Source of the DNA: Planctomycetota bacterium | GTDB taxonomy: Bacteria > Planctomycetota > B15-G4 > SIAN01 | Assembly: GCA_016795285.1 (NCBI GenBank) | Contig: JAEUIC010000030.1 | Coordinates: 47,112 to 111,111 of the forward strand | Length of the DNA stretch: 64,000 nucleotides | Reading direction: 5' to 3' | Translations under genes and position numbers: made by a program | Notes under the pieces: model-generated | What the model saw: the letters and a program-made list of their open reading frames with translations, nothing else | Told to the model about the DNA's origin: nothing | The model's database searches: none | In this document: positions 33,393 through 43,815 of the stretch, in pieces | Position numbering within the stretch: position 1 is the first letter of the stretch | Layout of the letters: every line of letters begins with the position of its first letter

Positions 33393-34015
33393 TCAGCCAA
33401 AGACCTTGCCGGTGGTCTTCGTCACGGCCTTGCCCGCGAGCACCTCCTCGAGCGCGGCGGCGACGTACTTCTCCTTCGCCTTGGTCGCGTCGTTCAGGTT
33501 GTCATCGATGCCGCCGCGGTAGACGACCTTGCCGTCCTTGTCGGTGATGATCACCTCGCCCGTCTTGCCGGCCTTGAGCGCCTTGGCGAAGGCGGAGCCC
33601 TCGTCGTTCCAGAAGGCGCCGGTCCACTTGCACTCCTTGTGGAACTTCGCCTTGTCGGCGGCCGACTCGGGCTTGTTGACGTAGGCGTAGACGAAGTCGA
33701 CCCCCTTCGGTCCGTAGGCCGCCTCGAGCGCGGCGAGGCGCTCGGCGTACGGCTTGGTCGCCGGGCAGGTGACGCCGACCAGGACGTAGGCGGTCACCTT
33801 GCCGTTCTTCTGGGTGTCGAGCGTCGCCTCCTTGCCGTCGCGCATCACCTTGGCGGTGAGCGCCGGGATCAGCTCGCCGACCTTGCCGGTCGTCTCCTTC
33901 TTCTCCTGCCCGGCGGCGGCCGCAGGGGCCTGCGCCAGCGCGAGCTGGGGGGCGACGATTCCGCCGGTCAGCGCGGCGAGCAGCAGCGCGCCCGCGAGGT
34001 TCTTCATCTGCATCG
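33393..34015 (-). CDS. Thioredoxin-fold redoxin/peroxiredoxin-like secreted protein
   Basis: The signal is 'MQMKNLAGALLLAALTGG'. The motif 'VGVTCPATKPY' resembles the peroxiredoxin VCP(T) active-site context. Confidence 0.6.
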
Positions 34016-34366
34016 GAGCTCTCCATCTTCGAGGGACGCGACTCCCGGCCACCGCTCGGCCGAGCCGTACCGCGCCGTTTCGTACGAACGGGGCGGGATT
34101 ATGGAGCCGCCGAAGCCACTTTCGACGGAGCCGCCTGCTCAGCTCGCGCGTCGGACCGATGGCTCGCATGGCGCGCGCCGATGAGGGGCGAGCAGGCGGT
34201 GGCGGGCTCCGCTGGGCGGCTTCGACGGAACGGCGCCCCCCGGGGATCGTGCTCTCCTGCGCAGCGGCGGGACCGCGGCCGCCCCGGGACGCCCGGGGGC
34301 GCCCCGCCGCGCTGCTACCCTGACGCCCCGCTCGCGGGTGACCCCCGCACCCGACTCGGAGGAGCC

Positions 34367-37303
34367 ATGCGCTCGATCCTCGCCGTCCTGCCCTCGCTCG
34401 CTCTCGTCCTCACGGGCGTCCTCGCTGGCGCGCCCGCCCCCGCCGCGCAGACCAAGCCGAAGGCGAAGCCCGCCGAGGAGCAGGTCGAAGTCGAGCCGAA
34501 GGAGTGGGAGCACGACGACTCCGACCTCGCGCCCGACCCGAAGTTCAACTTCGGGGCGCTGAAGAACGGGATGCGCTACGTCTGGGTCAACAGCCGCAAC
34601 CCGCCGAAGCAGCTCTTCCTGCGCCTGCACGTCGACATCGGCAGCCTCGTCGAGGACGAGACCGAGCTCGGCATGGCGCACTTCGTCGAGCACATGGCCT
34701 TCAACGGCACGGCGAAGTTCAAGGCGGGCACGCTCGTCGAGACGTTCAACAAGCAGGGCATCAAGTTCGGCTCCGACGTGAACGCCCACACCGGCATGGA
34801 GGAGACGGTCTACGAGCTCGACCTCCCCGACGACGAGCCGGCGCGCCTGAAGGTCGCCTTCCAGTGGATGCGCGACGTCGCGTGCGGGCTCAAGATGGAC
34901 GACAAGGAAGTGCAGGCCGAGAAGGGGGTCATCGACTCCGAGCAGCGCGATCGCGACAGCCCCGGCTTCCGCCTCTTCGTCGACCAGATGAAGAAGATCG
35001 GCGACGGCTTGCGCCTCACGCAGCGCCTCCCGATCGGCGTGAAGGAGGTGCGCGCCAAGTTCACCGGCAAGAGCTGCATGGCGTTCTACAAGCGCTGGTA
35101 CCGGCCGGAGCACATGACCTTCATGATCGTCGGCGACCTCGGCGATCTCGACCCGACCGCGCTGATCGAGGAGCACTTGGGCTCGATCCCGGCCGCGAAG
35201 GGCGAGACGCCCGACCGCCCCGACCTGGGCGAGCCGACCTTCAAGCACAAGGGCTTCGCCATCGAGCAGGGCGGCGGCGGCGGGGTGGTCAACATCCTGA
35301 AGCTGCGCAAGTTCAAGGCGAAGCGCGACGACAGCGCGAACGTCGCCGCCAACATCCCGATCCAGATCGCGATGCTGGTCCTCGAGCAGCGGCTGAACGA
35401 CCGGCAGGAGAAGGAGAAGCTCCCCTTCACCGCCGCCAGCGCCGACATGTTCGAGTTCGAGAGCCAGCTGTGGGGCCCGAGCCTCGCGATCCACTGCGAG
35501 CCGGCCAAGTGGCGCGACGCGCTCACCGCCGGCGAGCGCGAGCTGCGCCGCCTGCTCGAGCAGGGCTGCAGCGAGGACGAGGTGAAGAAGGCGTGGACGT
35601 CCTTCCAGCAGCAGCTCGTCCCGCGGCCGATCTCGCCGCCGCCCCACTCGCTCGAGTACGTGAACGAGCTGATGGCGGCATGCAACGGCCGCTACGTGCC
35701 GATGGAGGACCGCGCCCGCAAGGAGGCGATGCGGCCCGGCACCAAGGGGCTCTCCGCCGACTCGCTGATGAAGGTGCTGCGCGAGGAGTGGGCGCAGGGG
35801 CAGCTCGTGCTCTTCACGCAGGGCGGCATCGACCTCGGCGCCGATCCCGAGGCGGAGCTGATGGAGGTGTGGAACGCCGCGAAGGCGTCCGACCTCGCCA
35901 CGCCGATGGTGCTCGCCGCCGCCGATCCGCCGAAGGAGGGCGACGCGAAGGAAGGCGAAGCGGACCAGGAGGGCGACGCGAAGAAGGTCGACCCGAGCAG
36001 CTTCGCCTACGCGAAGCCCGACGTGGTGCGCGACGCCACGGCGACCGTGCAGCGCCATGACGACTTGAAGGCCGCCTCGATCGCGCTCAAGAACGGCGTG
36101 AAGGCGCTCTACCGCAAGGCCGACGGGGACGTGCGCGGCTTCGGCCGCTGGGAGGTGCGCGTCGGCGAGGGGGAGTCGGCGCTCGAGCCGGGCCAGCACG
36201 CCATCGCCTACGCGGCGGCGCGCTGGTTCCTGCAGGGCGGCCTCGGCAAGAACGATTGGGAGACGGTGCGGGCGGCGGGCGGCGGCGTCAGCTTCGACGT
36301 CGAGGCCGACGCGCTGGTCTTCTCCGGCAACGTGATCTTCGGCGCCGACCCGAAGCGCGACTTCGAGTCGATCTGCGCCTACCTCACCGATCCCGGCTTC
36401 CGGCAGGAGGCGTGGGACGAGTGGAAGAAGAAGCTCGACGACGAGTTCAAGCCACCCGAGGGCAAGGAAGGGCTCGGCACCCTGCTCAACAAGTTCCACG
36501 AGGAGGTGCGCTCGACCGAGCCGCGCCTCGCCCGCCCGAGCAAGGAGGCGGTCGCCGCGGTGACGATCGAGCAGGCGCGCGCCTTCCTGCAGTCGCAGCT
36601 CGACGGCCCGATCGCGATCACCGCGGCGGGCGTCGACGCCGGCAAGTTCGAGAAGGCGCTCTACTCCACCTTCGCCACGCTGCCGCAGCGCCGCGGCGCC
36701 CGCGCCGACGAGAAGCGCCGCACCATCGCGCCGCTCAAGACCGGCCTCAAGGTGCGCTACGAGGTCGACACCGGCGACCAGAGCGCGCTGATCCACGTGC
36801 TCTACCCGTGCCCCGATGCCATCGATGCCGCCGCGGCGCGCAAGCTCGACCTGCTGCAGGACATCCTCGGCGACCGGCTGCGCGTCGAGATCCGCGAGAA
36901 GCGCGGCGGCGCCTACTCGCCGAACGCACAGGTGTGGGGCAGCGAGGAGTGGCGCGGGCTCGGCTGGGCGACGCTCGACGTGCAGGTCGATCCGGCCAAG
37001 GTCGACGACATGACCAAGGCGTGCGTCACCGTGATGGAGTCGATCAGCAGCAAGGGGATCACGCAGGGCGAGCTCGATCGCATGCGCACCGCGCGGCTCG
37101 GCAGCATGGAGACGACGCTCAAGGACTACGGCACCTGGTTCACGGCGCTGCGCGCCGCGCACAAGAACCCGGCCGTCATCGACGAGATGCGCGCCTACAA
37201 GGCGACCTTCGAGAAGATCACGCTGGCCGAGATGAACGCGCTGGCGAAGCCGATCTTCGCGAAGGGCAAGGAGAACGTCTTCGTCGCCGTGCCGAAGCCG
37301 TGA
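34367..37303 (+). CDS. M16-family zinc metallopeptidase (pitrilysin/insulinase-like, duplicated M16 modules), secreted
   Basis: A GGAGG Shine-Dalgarno precedes the ATG at 34367. A signal peptide is present. The inverted zinc motif is 'HFVEHMAF' (HxxEH). Confidence 0.85.
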   Translation: MRSILAVLPSLALVLTGVLAGAPAPAAQTKPKAKPAEEQVEVEPKEWEHDDSDLAPDPKFNFGALKNGMRYVWVNSRNPPKQLFLRLHVDIGSLVEDETELGMAHFVEHMAFNGTAKFKAGTLVETFNKQGIKFGSDVNAHTGMEETVYELDLPDDEPARLKVAFQWMRDVACGLKMDDKEVQAEKGVIDSEQRDRDSPGFRLFVDQMKKIGDGLRLTQRLPIGVKEVRAKFTGKSCMAFYKRWYRPEHMTFMIVGDLGDLDPTALIEEHLGSIPAAKGETPDRPDLGEPTFKHKGFAIEQGGGGGVVNILKLRKFKAKRDDSANVAANIPIQIAMLVLEQRLNDRQEKEKLPFTAASADMFEFESQLWGPSLAIHCEPAKWRDALTAGERELRRLLEQGCSEDEVKKAWTSFQQQLVPRPISPPPHSLEYVNELMAACNGRYVPMEDRARKEAMRPGTKGLSADSLMKVLREEWAQGQLVLFTQGGIDLGADPEAELMEVWNAAKASDLATPMVLAAADPPKEGDAKEGEADQEGDAKKVDPSSFAYAKPDVVRDATATVQRHDDLKAASIALKNGVKALYRKADGDVRGFGRWEVRVGEGESALEPGQHAIAYAAARWFLQGGLGKNDWETVRAAGGGVSFDVEADALVFSGNVIFGADPKRDFESICAYLTDPGFRQEAWDEWKKKLDDEFKPPEGKEGLGTLLNKFHEEVRSTEPRLARPSKEAVAAVTIEQARAFLQSQLDGPIAITAAGVDAGKFEKALYSTFATLPQRRGARADEKRRTIAPLKTGLKVRYEVDTGDQSALIHVLYPCPDAIDAAAARKLDLLQDILGDRLRVEIREKRGGAYSPNAQVWGSEEWRGLGWATLDVQVDPAKVDDMTKACVTVMESISSKGITQGELDRMRTARLGSMETTLKDYGTWFTALRAAHKNPAVIDEMRAYKATFEKITLAEMNALAKPIFAKGKENVFVAVPKP

Positions 37304-37313
37304 GCGGCCCGCG

Positions 37314-38021
37314 TTGACGCAGGGCGGGCCCTCGACCTGTTGGACGGTGATCCGCGCCGCGGCGGCCGGCGCGGCGCCGGAGCGCGACGCCTTCGCGCGC
37401 CGCTACGCCGAGCCGCTCGCCGCCTACTTCGCGGCGCGCTGGCGCGGCGGGCCGCTCGCGCAGGAGTGCGACGACGCGGTGCAGGAGGTCTTCGTCGAGT
37501 GCCTGCGCGACGGCGGCGCGCTCGAGCGGGCGCGGCCGGCCGAGGCGGCGACGCCGGGTGCCGGGGGCTTCCAGCCGTTCCTCTACGGCGTCGCGCGCAA
37601 CGTCGCGCGCCGCTTCGAGGAGCGGCGCGCGGCGCGCAAGGGGGCGCCCGCCGAGTCGGTCGAGCTCGACCGCCTGCCGATCGACGAGCCGAGCCTGTCG
37701 CGCGCCTTCGATCGCGCTTTCGCGCAGGCGCTGCTGCGCGAGGCGGCCGCGCTGCAGCGGGCGCGGGCGGTCGCCGCCGGCGAGAAAGCGGTGCGCCGCG
37801 TCGACCTGCTGGCGCGCCGCTTCGGCGACGACCTCGCGATCCGCGAGGTCGCACGCGAGTGGGGCGTCGATGCCGCGACGCTCCACCACGAGTTCGCCAC
37901 CGCGCGCAAGGAGTTCGTGCTGGCATTGCAGGAAGTGGTCGCGTTCCATGATCCGCGCGCGACGCCGGGCGAGGTGGCGCGCCGCTGCGCCGAGCTCGCC
38001 CGCCTCGTGGCCGCCGGATAG
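37314..38021 (+). CDS. ECF-like sigma factor of the type that is genomically paired with Ser/Thr kinases
   Basis: The N-terminal 'CWTVIRAAAAG' and the C-terminal region-4-like helix are typical of this group. A TTG start is inferred. The gene lies immediately upstream of the kinase. Confidence 0.75.
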   Translation: MTQGGPSTCWTVIRAAAAGAAPERDAFARRYAEPLAAYFAARWRGGPLAQECDDAVQEVFVECLRDGGALERARPAEAATPGAGGFQPFLYGVARNVARRFEERRAARKGAPAESVELDRLPIDEPSLSRAFDRAFAQALLREAAALQRARAVAAGEKAVRRVDLLARRFGDDLAIREVAREWGVDAATLHHEFATARKEFVLALQEVVAFHDPRATPGEVARRCAELARLVAAG

Positions 38022-38057
38022 CCGCGCAGAGCGACCTCGCGAACGACGGAGCCCGCC

Positions 38058-41000
38058 ATGGCGAACCGCGACGAACCGCCGATCCCGAGCGAGAGCGTGC
38101 TCGACGCGCTGCTCGGCGCCGCCTTCGCGAAGGGCGAGGCGACTCCGCCGCGCCCGCCCGCCGCCGAGGAGCTGCCGGCGCAGCTCTCGGCGCGCTACCG
38201 CATCGAGGGGGAGATCGGCCGCGGCGGCGTCGGCATCGTGCTGCGCGGTCGCGACCTCGAGCTGAACCGCGTGGTCGCGTTGAAGGTGCTGCGGCCCGAG
38301 CACGTCGCGCACGAGGGGCTCACGCGCCGCTTCGTCGAGGAGGCGCAGATCGGCGGCCAGCTCGAGCATCCGGGCATCGTGCCGGTGCACGAGATGGGGC
38401 GCGCGCCCGACGGCCGCCCCTTCTTCGTGATGAAGCTGATCCAGGGGCGCACCCTCGCCGACCTGCTCGCCGCGCGCGGCGACACGCCGGCCGAGCGCGC
38501 CCGCTTCCTCGCCATCTTCGAGCAGGTCTGCCTCACCGTCGCCTACGCGCATGCGCGCGGCGTGATCCATCGCGACCTGAAGCCGGCCAACGTGATGGTC
38601 GGCGCGTTCGGCGAGGTGCAGGTCGCCGATTGGGGGCTCGCCAAGGTGGTCGGACGGCCGGAGCCGCCGCACGCGCCCGCCGCTCCGACGCCACCCGCCG
38701 CGACCCGCTCTGCGCGCGACTCCTCGGCGCAGGCCGCCGCCGCGGCCGGCCCGGTCTCGACCGATCGCACCAGCTCCTCCGCGCTCCTCTCGCAGGCCGG
38801 CGCCGTGCTCGGCACGCTCGCCTACATGGCGCCCGAGCAGGCGCGCGGCGAGAGCGAGTCGATCGACGCGCGCGCCGACGTCTTCGCGCTCGGCGCGATG
38901 CTGCTCGAGCTCCTGACCGGCAAGCCGCCCTACACGGGCGACTCGGGCGAGCAGTTCGACGCGGCGCGCGAGGCGGCGCTCGGCCCGGCGTTCGAGCGGC
39001 TCGCCGCGCCGACCATCCACCCGACGCTCGCCGCATTGGCGCGCCGCTGCCTCGCCGCCGATCGCGCCGAGCGGCCGGCCGACGCCGCTGCGCTGGCGCA
39101 GGAGCTCGCCGCGTGGCGCAGCGGCCAGGAAGAGCGCGCCCATGCGGCGGTGCTGGCCGCGACCGCGGCGCAAGCGAAGGCGGGCGAGGAGCGGCGCGCG
39201 CGGCGCCTCACCGTGGCGCTCGCGGGCGTCGTGCTGCTGGCGGCGCTCGGCGGCGGCGGCGCTTGGCTCGCGAAGGAGCAGGGCGAGCGGACGCGGCGCG
39301 AGACGGCGGCCGAGCCGGTCCGCGCGGCGCTCGCTCGCGCGCGGGCGCTGGCGAAGCAGGCCGACGCCGAGCCGCTCCATCGGGTCGAGCCGCGCGAGGC
39401 GGCGCTGGCGGCCGTCGATGCGGCGGTGGCTGCGCTGCACGCCGCCGATCCGGGCGCCGAGCTGCGCCGCGAGGTGGAGACGCTGCACGGCGAACTCGCG
39501 GCCGCCGTCGCGGCCAGCCGCGCGCAGGTCGCCGAGCGGCAGCGCGACCGCGCGACGCTCACCGAGCTCACCTCGCTGCTCGGGCGCTGGTTCATCTGGC
39601 CGTGGGACGAGATCGACCGCGCGATCGAGGAGACGCTGCGGGCGTGGGGCTTCGACCTCGCGACGATGGACGACGCGGCACTGGTCGCGCGCGTCGCGCG
39701 GAGCAGCGATCCGCTCGAGTTCTGCGACCACCTGCTCGGCTGGATCCAGGTGCGCGCGCAGATCGCCGGCAACGCGCAGGCGCCGCGCGACTTCGAGCGG
39801 CTGCGCGACCTCGTGCAGGCCGCCGATCCCGATCCGTGGCGGGTGCGCCTGCGCGCCGCGATCCCCGACGGCCGCGAGGTGTGGACCGCGGCCGTCCTCG
39901 ATCCCGACCTCTGGAAGCAGTCGCCGCGCACCATCGCCTTCCTCGGCTACCTGCTGAACCACTTCGGCGCGCGCGACGCCGCGCTGCCGCTCTTCGAGAA
40001 GGCGGCCGCCCTCTGGCCGCGCGAGTACAGCTTCCGGTCCGACCTCGCCATCTGGAACCGCAGCGCCAACCCGCCGCGCTGGGAAGCGGCGCTCGACCAC
40101 GCCAGCGCCGCCGTGACGCTCGCGCCCGACATGACGTCGACCTGGCTGCTGCTCGGCGTCGTGCGCAGCGCTCTCTGCGATTTCCGCGGCGCGGTGGCGG
40201 CCTACCAACGAGTCCTCGAGCTCGACCCGGGCAATCGCGACGCCGCCCCAGCCGCCGCCGTCGCGCATCTCTTCGCCGAGCAGTTCGACGCGGCGCAAGC
40301 GGCCATCGCGGAGGGGCTCGCGCGCCGGCCGAACAGCGGCGAGCTGCTGCAGGTGCGTGCCGCCGTCGAGATGGCGCAGGGCGACGTCGCGGCGGCGCGC
40401 GCCACGCTGCGCGCGCTGCTCGACGGGAAGCCCGAGCTGGCGCTGGTGCCGCAGGCAGCGTTGAACCTGCTCTTCGCCGAGGACGCGGCCGGCGCCCTCG
40501 CTGGCCTGCGCGCCGCGCTGCAGCGCGTGAACCTCTTCGCGCCGCTCACGCTGGTGATGGCGCTGCACGAGACGCTCGTGACCGCGCTCGAGTCGAGCTG
40601 CGACTACGCCGCCGCGCAGGCGCACCTGCAGCTGATGCGGCAGATCGTGCTGCAGCGGCTCCCCGACGGCGCCGAGCGGCGCGGTGCGCTGCTGCGCATC
40701 GATCGGCGCGAGGCGCAGCTCGCCGAGTCGCTCCGCCTCGATGCGCTGCTGCCCGATTTCGAGGGGGGCGCGCTGGCGCCGGCCGATGCGGCGGAGGCGG
40801 CGCGCGTCGCCGTGCTGCTGGTGCGGCGCGCGAAGATGGCGGCTGCGTTCGATGCGTGGGAGGCGCTGCTCGCCGATCGGGATGCGGCGGAGCAGGCGCT
40901 CGCGGTCGAGCCGGGCTGCTGGATCGCGGCCGCGCAATCGGCGGCGGCGGTGGCCGCGGCGCCCGCGACGCCGGCCCCGCTGCGCAGCCGCGCCGTCGCG

Positions 41001-41225
41001 CGCCTCGCCGACTGGGTGACGGCCGAAGCGACGGCGGCGCTCGAGGCGCAGGGGCGCGATGCGCGGACGCCGGCGCGCTCACGCGTCCACCGCCTGCTGG
41101 TCGATCCGCTGCTGCTGCTGGTGCGCGAGCCGAAGCAGCAGGCGCTGCAGAGCGAGTCGGAGCGCGCCATGCTCCTCGCCGCGGCGGCCAAGGTGCGGGC
41201 GGCGTTGCAGCGCTCGCGGCCGTAG
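38058..41225 (+). CDS. Ser/Thr protein kinase with a C-terminal TPR-repeat domain
   Basis: Kinase motifs are 'IGRGGVGIVLRG', 'VALKVL', 'HRDLKPANVMV' and 'VADWGLAK', followed by 'APE'. A TM segment is followed by long TPR-like helical repeats. Confidence 0.9.
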   Translation: MANRDEPPIPSESVLDALLGAAFAKGEATPPRPPAAEELPAQLSARYRIEGEIGRGGVGIVLRGRDLELNRVVALKVLRPEHVAHEGLTRRFVEEAQIGGQLEHPGIVPVHEMGRAPDGRPFFVMKLIQGRTLADLLAARGDTPAERARFLAIFEQVCLTVAYAHARGVIHRDLKPANVMVGAFGEVQVADWGLAKVVGRPEPPHAPAAPTPPAATRSARDSSAQAAAAAGPVSTDRTSSSALLSQAGAVLGTLAYMAPEQARGESESIDARADVFALGAMLLELLTGKPPYTGDSGEQFDAAREAALGPAFERLAAPTIHPTLAALARRCLAADRAERPADAAALAQELAAWRSGQEERAHAAVLAATAAQAKAGEERRARRLTVALAGVVLLAALGGGGAWLAKEQGERTRRETAAEPVRAALARARALAKQADAEPLHRVEPREAALAAVDAAVAALHAADPGAELRREVETLHGELAAAVAASRAQVAERQRDRATLTELTSLLGRWFIWPWDEIDRAIEETLRAWGFDLATMDDAALVARVARSSDPLEFCDHLLGWIQVRAQIAGNAQAPRDFERLRDLVQAADPDPWRVRLRAAIPDGREVWTAAVLDPDLWKQSPRTIAFLGYLLNHFGARDAALPLFEKAAALWPREYSFRSDLAIWNRSANPPRWEAALDHASAAVTLAPDMTSTWLLLGVVRSALCDFRGAVAAYQRVLELDPGNRDAAPAAAVAHLFAEQFDAAQAAIAEGLARRPNSGELLQVRAAVEMAQGDVAAARATLRALLDGKPELALVPQAALNLLFAEDAAGALAGLRAALQRVNLFAPLTLVMALHETLVTALESSCDYAAAQAHLQLMRQIVLQRLPDGAERRGALLRIDRREAQLAESLRLDALLPDFEGGALAPADAAEAARVAVLLVRRAKMAAAFDAWEALLADRDAAEQALAVEPGCWIAAAQSAAAVAAAPATPAPLRSRAVARLADWVTAEATAALEAQGRDARTPARSRVHRLLVDPLLLLVREPKQQALQSESERAMLLAAAAKVRAALQRSRP

Positions 41226-41347
41226 TGCGCCGGGCAACCGGGGCCGGTGGCGGCCGCGATTTTCCGGCCGCGAAATCGACGCGAGCCCGGAACCAGGGAC
41301 GTGCGCCGCGCGGGATCGTCCGCCGCGGCCCTCCCTGGAGATCGCCG

Positions 41348-41989
41348 ATGACGCTCGCTCGCCTGCTCCTCTGCGGAGCTGCCCTCGCCGCCGCGCCGCT
41401 GCTGACCGCCCCCTCGTTCCTCGCCGCGCAGGACGCGCCGCCGGCCGGCGCGCCGCAGGGTGGACCGCCCGCCGGAGGGGCGGCGCGCCGCGGGCCGCCG
41501 GGCAGCGATGCGGGCAACGAGATGGTCGCGGAGTTGAAGGCGACCAAGGGGTGCCTCGGCGTCGAGACCGCGTTCACCTCGTCGCGCAAGTCGGTGATCT
41601 TCGCCTGGTTCGAGGACAAGGCGGCGACCCTGCGCTGGTACGAGAGCGACTACCACCAGACGATGATGATGGGCATGCAGGAGGCGAATGCCCCTGCGAG
41701 CGGCGATGCGGCGAGCGACGCGACACCGAGCGCTGAACGGATCCCGCTCGAGCACGTGCCGGACGGCGTGCCGGTGATGTGCATCGCGACCATCACCCCC
41801 TCGATGAAGCCGGCGATTCCCGGCTTCCCGATGCCGATCTCGCAGGTCTCGATCGAGCTCTACACGCCGCTGCCGGGCGGCCTCGCGCTGAACGGCAAGT
41901 TCGCGCCGGCCGCGTTGAAGGTGCGCGACATGGTCGAGGCGACGCTGCCGGCGGCGGGCGGCGGCGCGGGCGGCAGCGGCGGGCGCTGA
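41348..41989 (+). CDS. Hypothetical secreted protein
   Basis: The signal is 'MTLARLLLCGAALAAAPLL'. There is no confident domain. A weak ABM/Dabb-like segment reads 'VIFAWFEDKAATLRWYESDYHQ'. Confidence 0.5.
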   Translation: MTLARLLLCGAALAAAPLLTAPSFLAAQDAPPAGAPQGGPPAGGAARRGPPGSDAGNEMVAELKATKGCLGVETAFTSSRKSVIFAWFEDKAATLRWYESDYHQTMMMGMQEANAPASGDAASDATPSAERIPLEHVPDGVPVMCIATITPSMKPAIPGFPMPISQVSIELYTPLPGGLALNGKFAPAALKVRDMVEATLPAAGGGAGGSGGR

Positions 41990-42085
41990 GGGCGCTGCGC
42001 CACGCAGCGCGCGGACGAGTGACCCTCGGCGGTCGCATCGCTACTGCGCTCGCCGGGGGGCCGCTCGCTGCTGCGTCAGCGGGGC

Positions 42086-43327
42086 GTGGAGCATCCGATG
42101 TCGATGGTGCCCGTGGTCGGCGCGCTCGTGCTCGCCGGGTTCGCTGCTGGCGAGCCGCTCCTGCGCCTCGCGGTCGAGGAACGCCACTCGATCGCGGCGG
42201 ACGAGCGGCACGCGCTGTTCCTCGACGCGAAGCAGCGCGTCGTAGTGGTCGACCTGCACGCGGCGCGCGTCGTCGCGCTGCCGTCCGCGCGCGGCGGGGG
42301 GCCGTGGCGTGCCGGCTGCTTCACGGCAGACGGCGGCGCGCTCTGGCTGCTCGAGGAGGCGGGCACGGCGCAGCGCTTCGAGCTGCGGCAACCACCGCAA
42401 CCGCAGCAATCCGCGCCGTTCCTGCCGAGCGCGACCGTCGCGCTTCCCGCCGGCGGCGGCTGGCACGATCTCGTCGCGGCGCCCGATGGCCGCTCGCTCG
42501 CGTGGAGCGCGACGCGCGCCGGCCAGCGCTGTGCGGGCGTCGTCGCGGTGACCGATGGGCGTGAGCTGGCGCGCTTCGACGCCGTCGGCGCGGCGGCGAG
42601 GTCGCACGACGTGCTGCCGTGGATCGCCTTCGTCGGCGAGGGCGCCCACGTGGTGGTCTGCATCGAGCCGAAGGGCGACGGGCTGCGCGTCCTCGGCCAT
42701 GGCGATGGTTCGTTGCAGCTGTGGAACCTCGCCGAGCAGCGCGCCGCGGCGCACCTGCATCCCTACGTCGCCCACCGGTCGCCGGGCTACGCGCTGCTCC
42801 CCGACGGAGTCGCCTTCGCGACACGCAGCGAGCGCGACTTCCCGGTCCTGTGCCAGCGGCTCGGCGAGCCACGGCCGATCGTGCTGCTGCCCGATGCGCG
42901 CGGCGGCCACTTCACCGACCTCTTCGTCGAGCCGAACGGCGAGTGGCTCTGCGAGCAGGACTTCGAGGATGACGACGGCATCACCGTGATCGACGTCGTA
43001 GGCACGCGGCCGCCGCGCACGGTCGCACCGGGTCGACGCTTCGTCGGCTTCGGCAGCGCGCCGCGCCAAGAGGAGATCCCCGCCGCCGGCGTCGCGCTGG
43101 CGCCGGGAGTGGTGGCGTGCGGTCGCGACGGGACGCTCGAGCGGTTCGCGCTGCTCGACGGCTCGCTGCAGCAGCGGTTCACGCCCGAGGCGGGCTTCAC
43201 GACGACGGCGGCGCGCTGGTGCTGCCGCGTCCCGCGCCTGCTGCTGGTCGGCTACCACCTCGCGGCCGACGGCAAGAGCGGCGACTTCGAGGCGCAACTC
43301 CACTCGCTACGGCCCGATGGCAAGTGA
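42086..43327 (+). CDS. Hypothetical secreted protein (possibly beta-propeller-like)
   Basis: An N-terminal signal-like segment is present. Segments resembling WD/TolB-propeller strands include 'DGSLQLWNL'. No firm assignment can be made. Confidence 0.45.
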   Translation: MEHPMSMVPVVGALVLAGFAAGEPLLRLAVEERHSIAADERHALFLDAKQRVVVVDLHAARVVALPSARGGGPWRAGCFTADGGALWLLEEAGTAQRFELRQPPQPQQSAPFLPSATVALPAGGGWHDLVAAPDGRSLAWSATRAGQRCAGVVAVTDGRELARFDAVGAAARSHDVLPWIAFVGEGAHVVVCIEPKGDGLRVLGHGDGSLQLWNLAEQRAAAHLHPYVAHRSPGYALLPDGVAFATRSERDFPVLCQRLGEPRPIVLLPDARGGHFTDLFVEPNGEWLCEQDFEDDDGITVIDVVGTRPPRTVAPGRRFVGFGSAPRQEEIPAAGVALAPGVVACGRDGTLERFALLDGSLQQRFTPEAGFTTTAARWCCRVPRLLLVGYHLAADGKSGDFEAQLHSLRPDGK

Positions 43328-43353
43328 TCGCGCGCGCGCGGCGTCGCGCGCGG

Positions 43354-43815
43354 TCACTGCCCGCCGCGCAGCTCCTTGCGCCAGACGAACTTGTGGCCCG
43401 ACCAGTCGGCGTCGACCGCGCAGACCGTCACGTCGACCAAGCCGCTCGGCAGGACGAGTTCCCGGACGCCGTTCTCGTCGAGGTCGGCCGCGAGGGGCGA
43501 TGTCTTCTTCGGCCACGAGATCCAGAGCGTGCCGGCCGGGAAGATGCTCTTCGCCAGGTTCGGCAGCAGCTTCGAGAGCTCGGCGCGCGAGGCAGTGAAG
43601 CAGTGGACGAAGGGCGCGGCGCCGCTGCCCCGTTCGCGGAAGGTGACGCCGGGCGGCAGCTCGCCGAGCAGCGTGCGGTAGTGGGGCGGCGCGCCGTGGA
43701 GCGCCACGACGTCGCCCGCCTTGATGCCGAGCTTCTTCACCAGCGGCGTGCCGGAGTAGCCGGCCGCTGCCGTGCTCGCGCCGCTGGCCGCTTTCGCTGT
43801 CGCCTTCTTCGCCAT
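43354..43815 (-). CDS. DUF3052-family protein
   Basis: The 'YSGTPLVKKLGIKAGD' block is present. The start overlaps the stop of the upstream gene as TGATG. Confidence 0.55.
   Translation of the reverse strand: MAKKATAKAASGASTAAAGYSGTPLVKKLGIKAGDVVALHGAPPHYRTLLGELPPGVTFRERGSGAAPFVHCFTASRAELSKLLPNLAKSIFPAGTLWISWPKKTSPLAADLDENGVRELVLPSGLVDVTVCAVDADWSGHKFVWRKELRGGQ

Noticed and set aside
41225-41347. Several alternative GC-rich hairpins downstream of the kinase gene
   Set aside because: The structures are ambiguous and overlapping, with no U-tract. I could not support a specific terminator call.
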